A stretch of 45,286 nucleotides of DNA. Origin: Octopus sinensis. Its lineage: Eukaryota. The notes beneath the pieces were generated by a model that saw only the letters and a list, made by a program, of their open reading frames with translations, made no database searches and was not told where the DNA came from. Below, piece by piece: positions 44,505 through 45,286 of the stretch (positions within the stretch are counted from its first letter, which is position 1; each line of letters begins with the position of its first letter). Location of the stretch: contig NW_021834578.1 of NCBI RefSeq assembly GCF_006345805.1, positions 1 to 45,286 on the forward strand, written 5' to 3'. A program made the translations under genes and the position numbers.

Positions 44505-45266
44505 TAGGATGAGGATAGCTGTGTGAAAAAGTGTCACACCTTAGCGGTTGAGAGAAACTGTGGAAGAGGTAGACCCAGGAAGACCTGGGATGAGATGTTG
44601 AAGCACGACCTTCGAACATTAGGGACCAAGACCTTTGGAAATATGATGTGCTTGAGAAGACTTGGCAAACCAAGTGAGACCATAACATGGCCTTTACCAG
44701 GGGTGTAACCAGCCCACTTATGCGTACCTTCCCTTCATTGGACACTAAACTCTGCTTGCAAAGGCCTGTTGAGGCAAGTGAAATTGAAATCAAAATCAAA
44801 ATTGATGACTGGCATCCGTGCTAGTGGAGCGCTAAGAGCACCATCCGAGCGTGATCGTTGCCAGAGCAACAAGCTGTCCTCTGTGCCAGTGGCATGTAAA
44901 AAGTACCATTCGAAGGTGATCGTTACCTGCGTCACCTTACTGGCACTTGTGCTGGTGGCACGTGAAAAAACATTCAAGCGAGGTTGTTACCAGTGCCGCT
45001 GGACTGACTCCTGTGCAGGCGGCACATGAAAAGTACAATTTGAGTGTGGCCGTTGCCAGTACCACCTAACTGGCCCTAGTGCCGGTAGCATTAAAAGCAC
45101 CCACTACACCCTCGGAGCGGTTGGCGTTAGGAAGGGCATCCAGCTGTAGAACTCTGCCAGATCAGATGGAGCCTGGTGCAGCCATCTGGTTCAGCAGACT
45201 TCAGTCAAATCGTCCAACCCATGCCAGCATGGAAATCGGACGTTAAACGATGATGATGATGATGAT
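44505..45266 (+). mobile_element. RTE LINE 3' portion
   Basis: DEDSCVKKCHTL...GRPRKTW, 5 repeat units, (GAT)n tail. Confidence 0.9.
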
Positions 45267-45286
45267 ATATATGTATATACACATAT

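Overview
This is eukaryotic genomic DNA, most likely from Octopus (inferred from the SINE, RTE LINE and microsatellite repertoire). The window appears to lie entirely within a minus-strand Golgi alpha-mannosidase II gene (GH38, MAN2A1/2-like). Five coding exons are recognisable: 32763-32940, 26343-26544, 20103-20285, 8900-9014 and 8359-8426. One of them carries a 1-bp frameshift. The introns are packed with transposable elements: about 10 RTE-clade LINE copies or fragments (with a PHD-type finger inside the RT and a VNTR in the 3'UTR), a decayed Gypsy LTR element with both LTRs, PBS, PPT and TSD, three non-autonomous Helitrons, mariner and maT relics, hAT- and piggyBac-type MITEs, tRNA-derived SINEs and a 2.2-kb 20-bp satellite. 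The main hidden signal is a dispersed set of nine type I hammerhead-ribozyme-like motifs from several Penelope-like or retrozyme-like families. They sit in fold-back or terminally redundant units, mostly beside (TA)n tracts, and mostly on the host pre-mRNA strand. All calls were made by eye with no database search, and TE boundaries are approximate.
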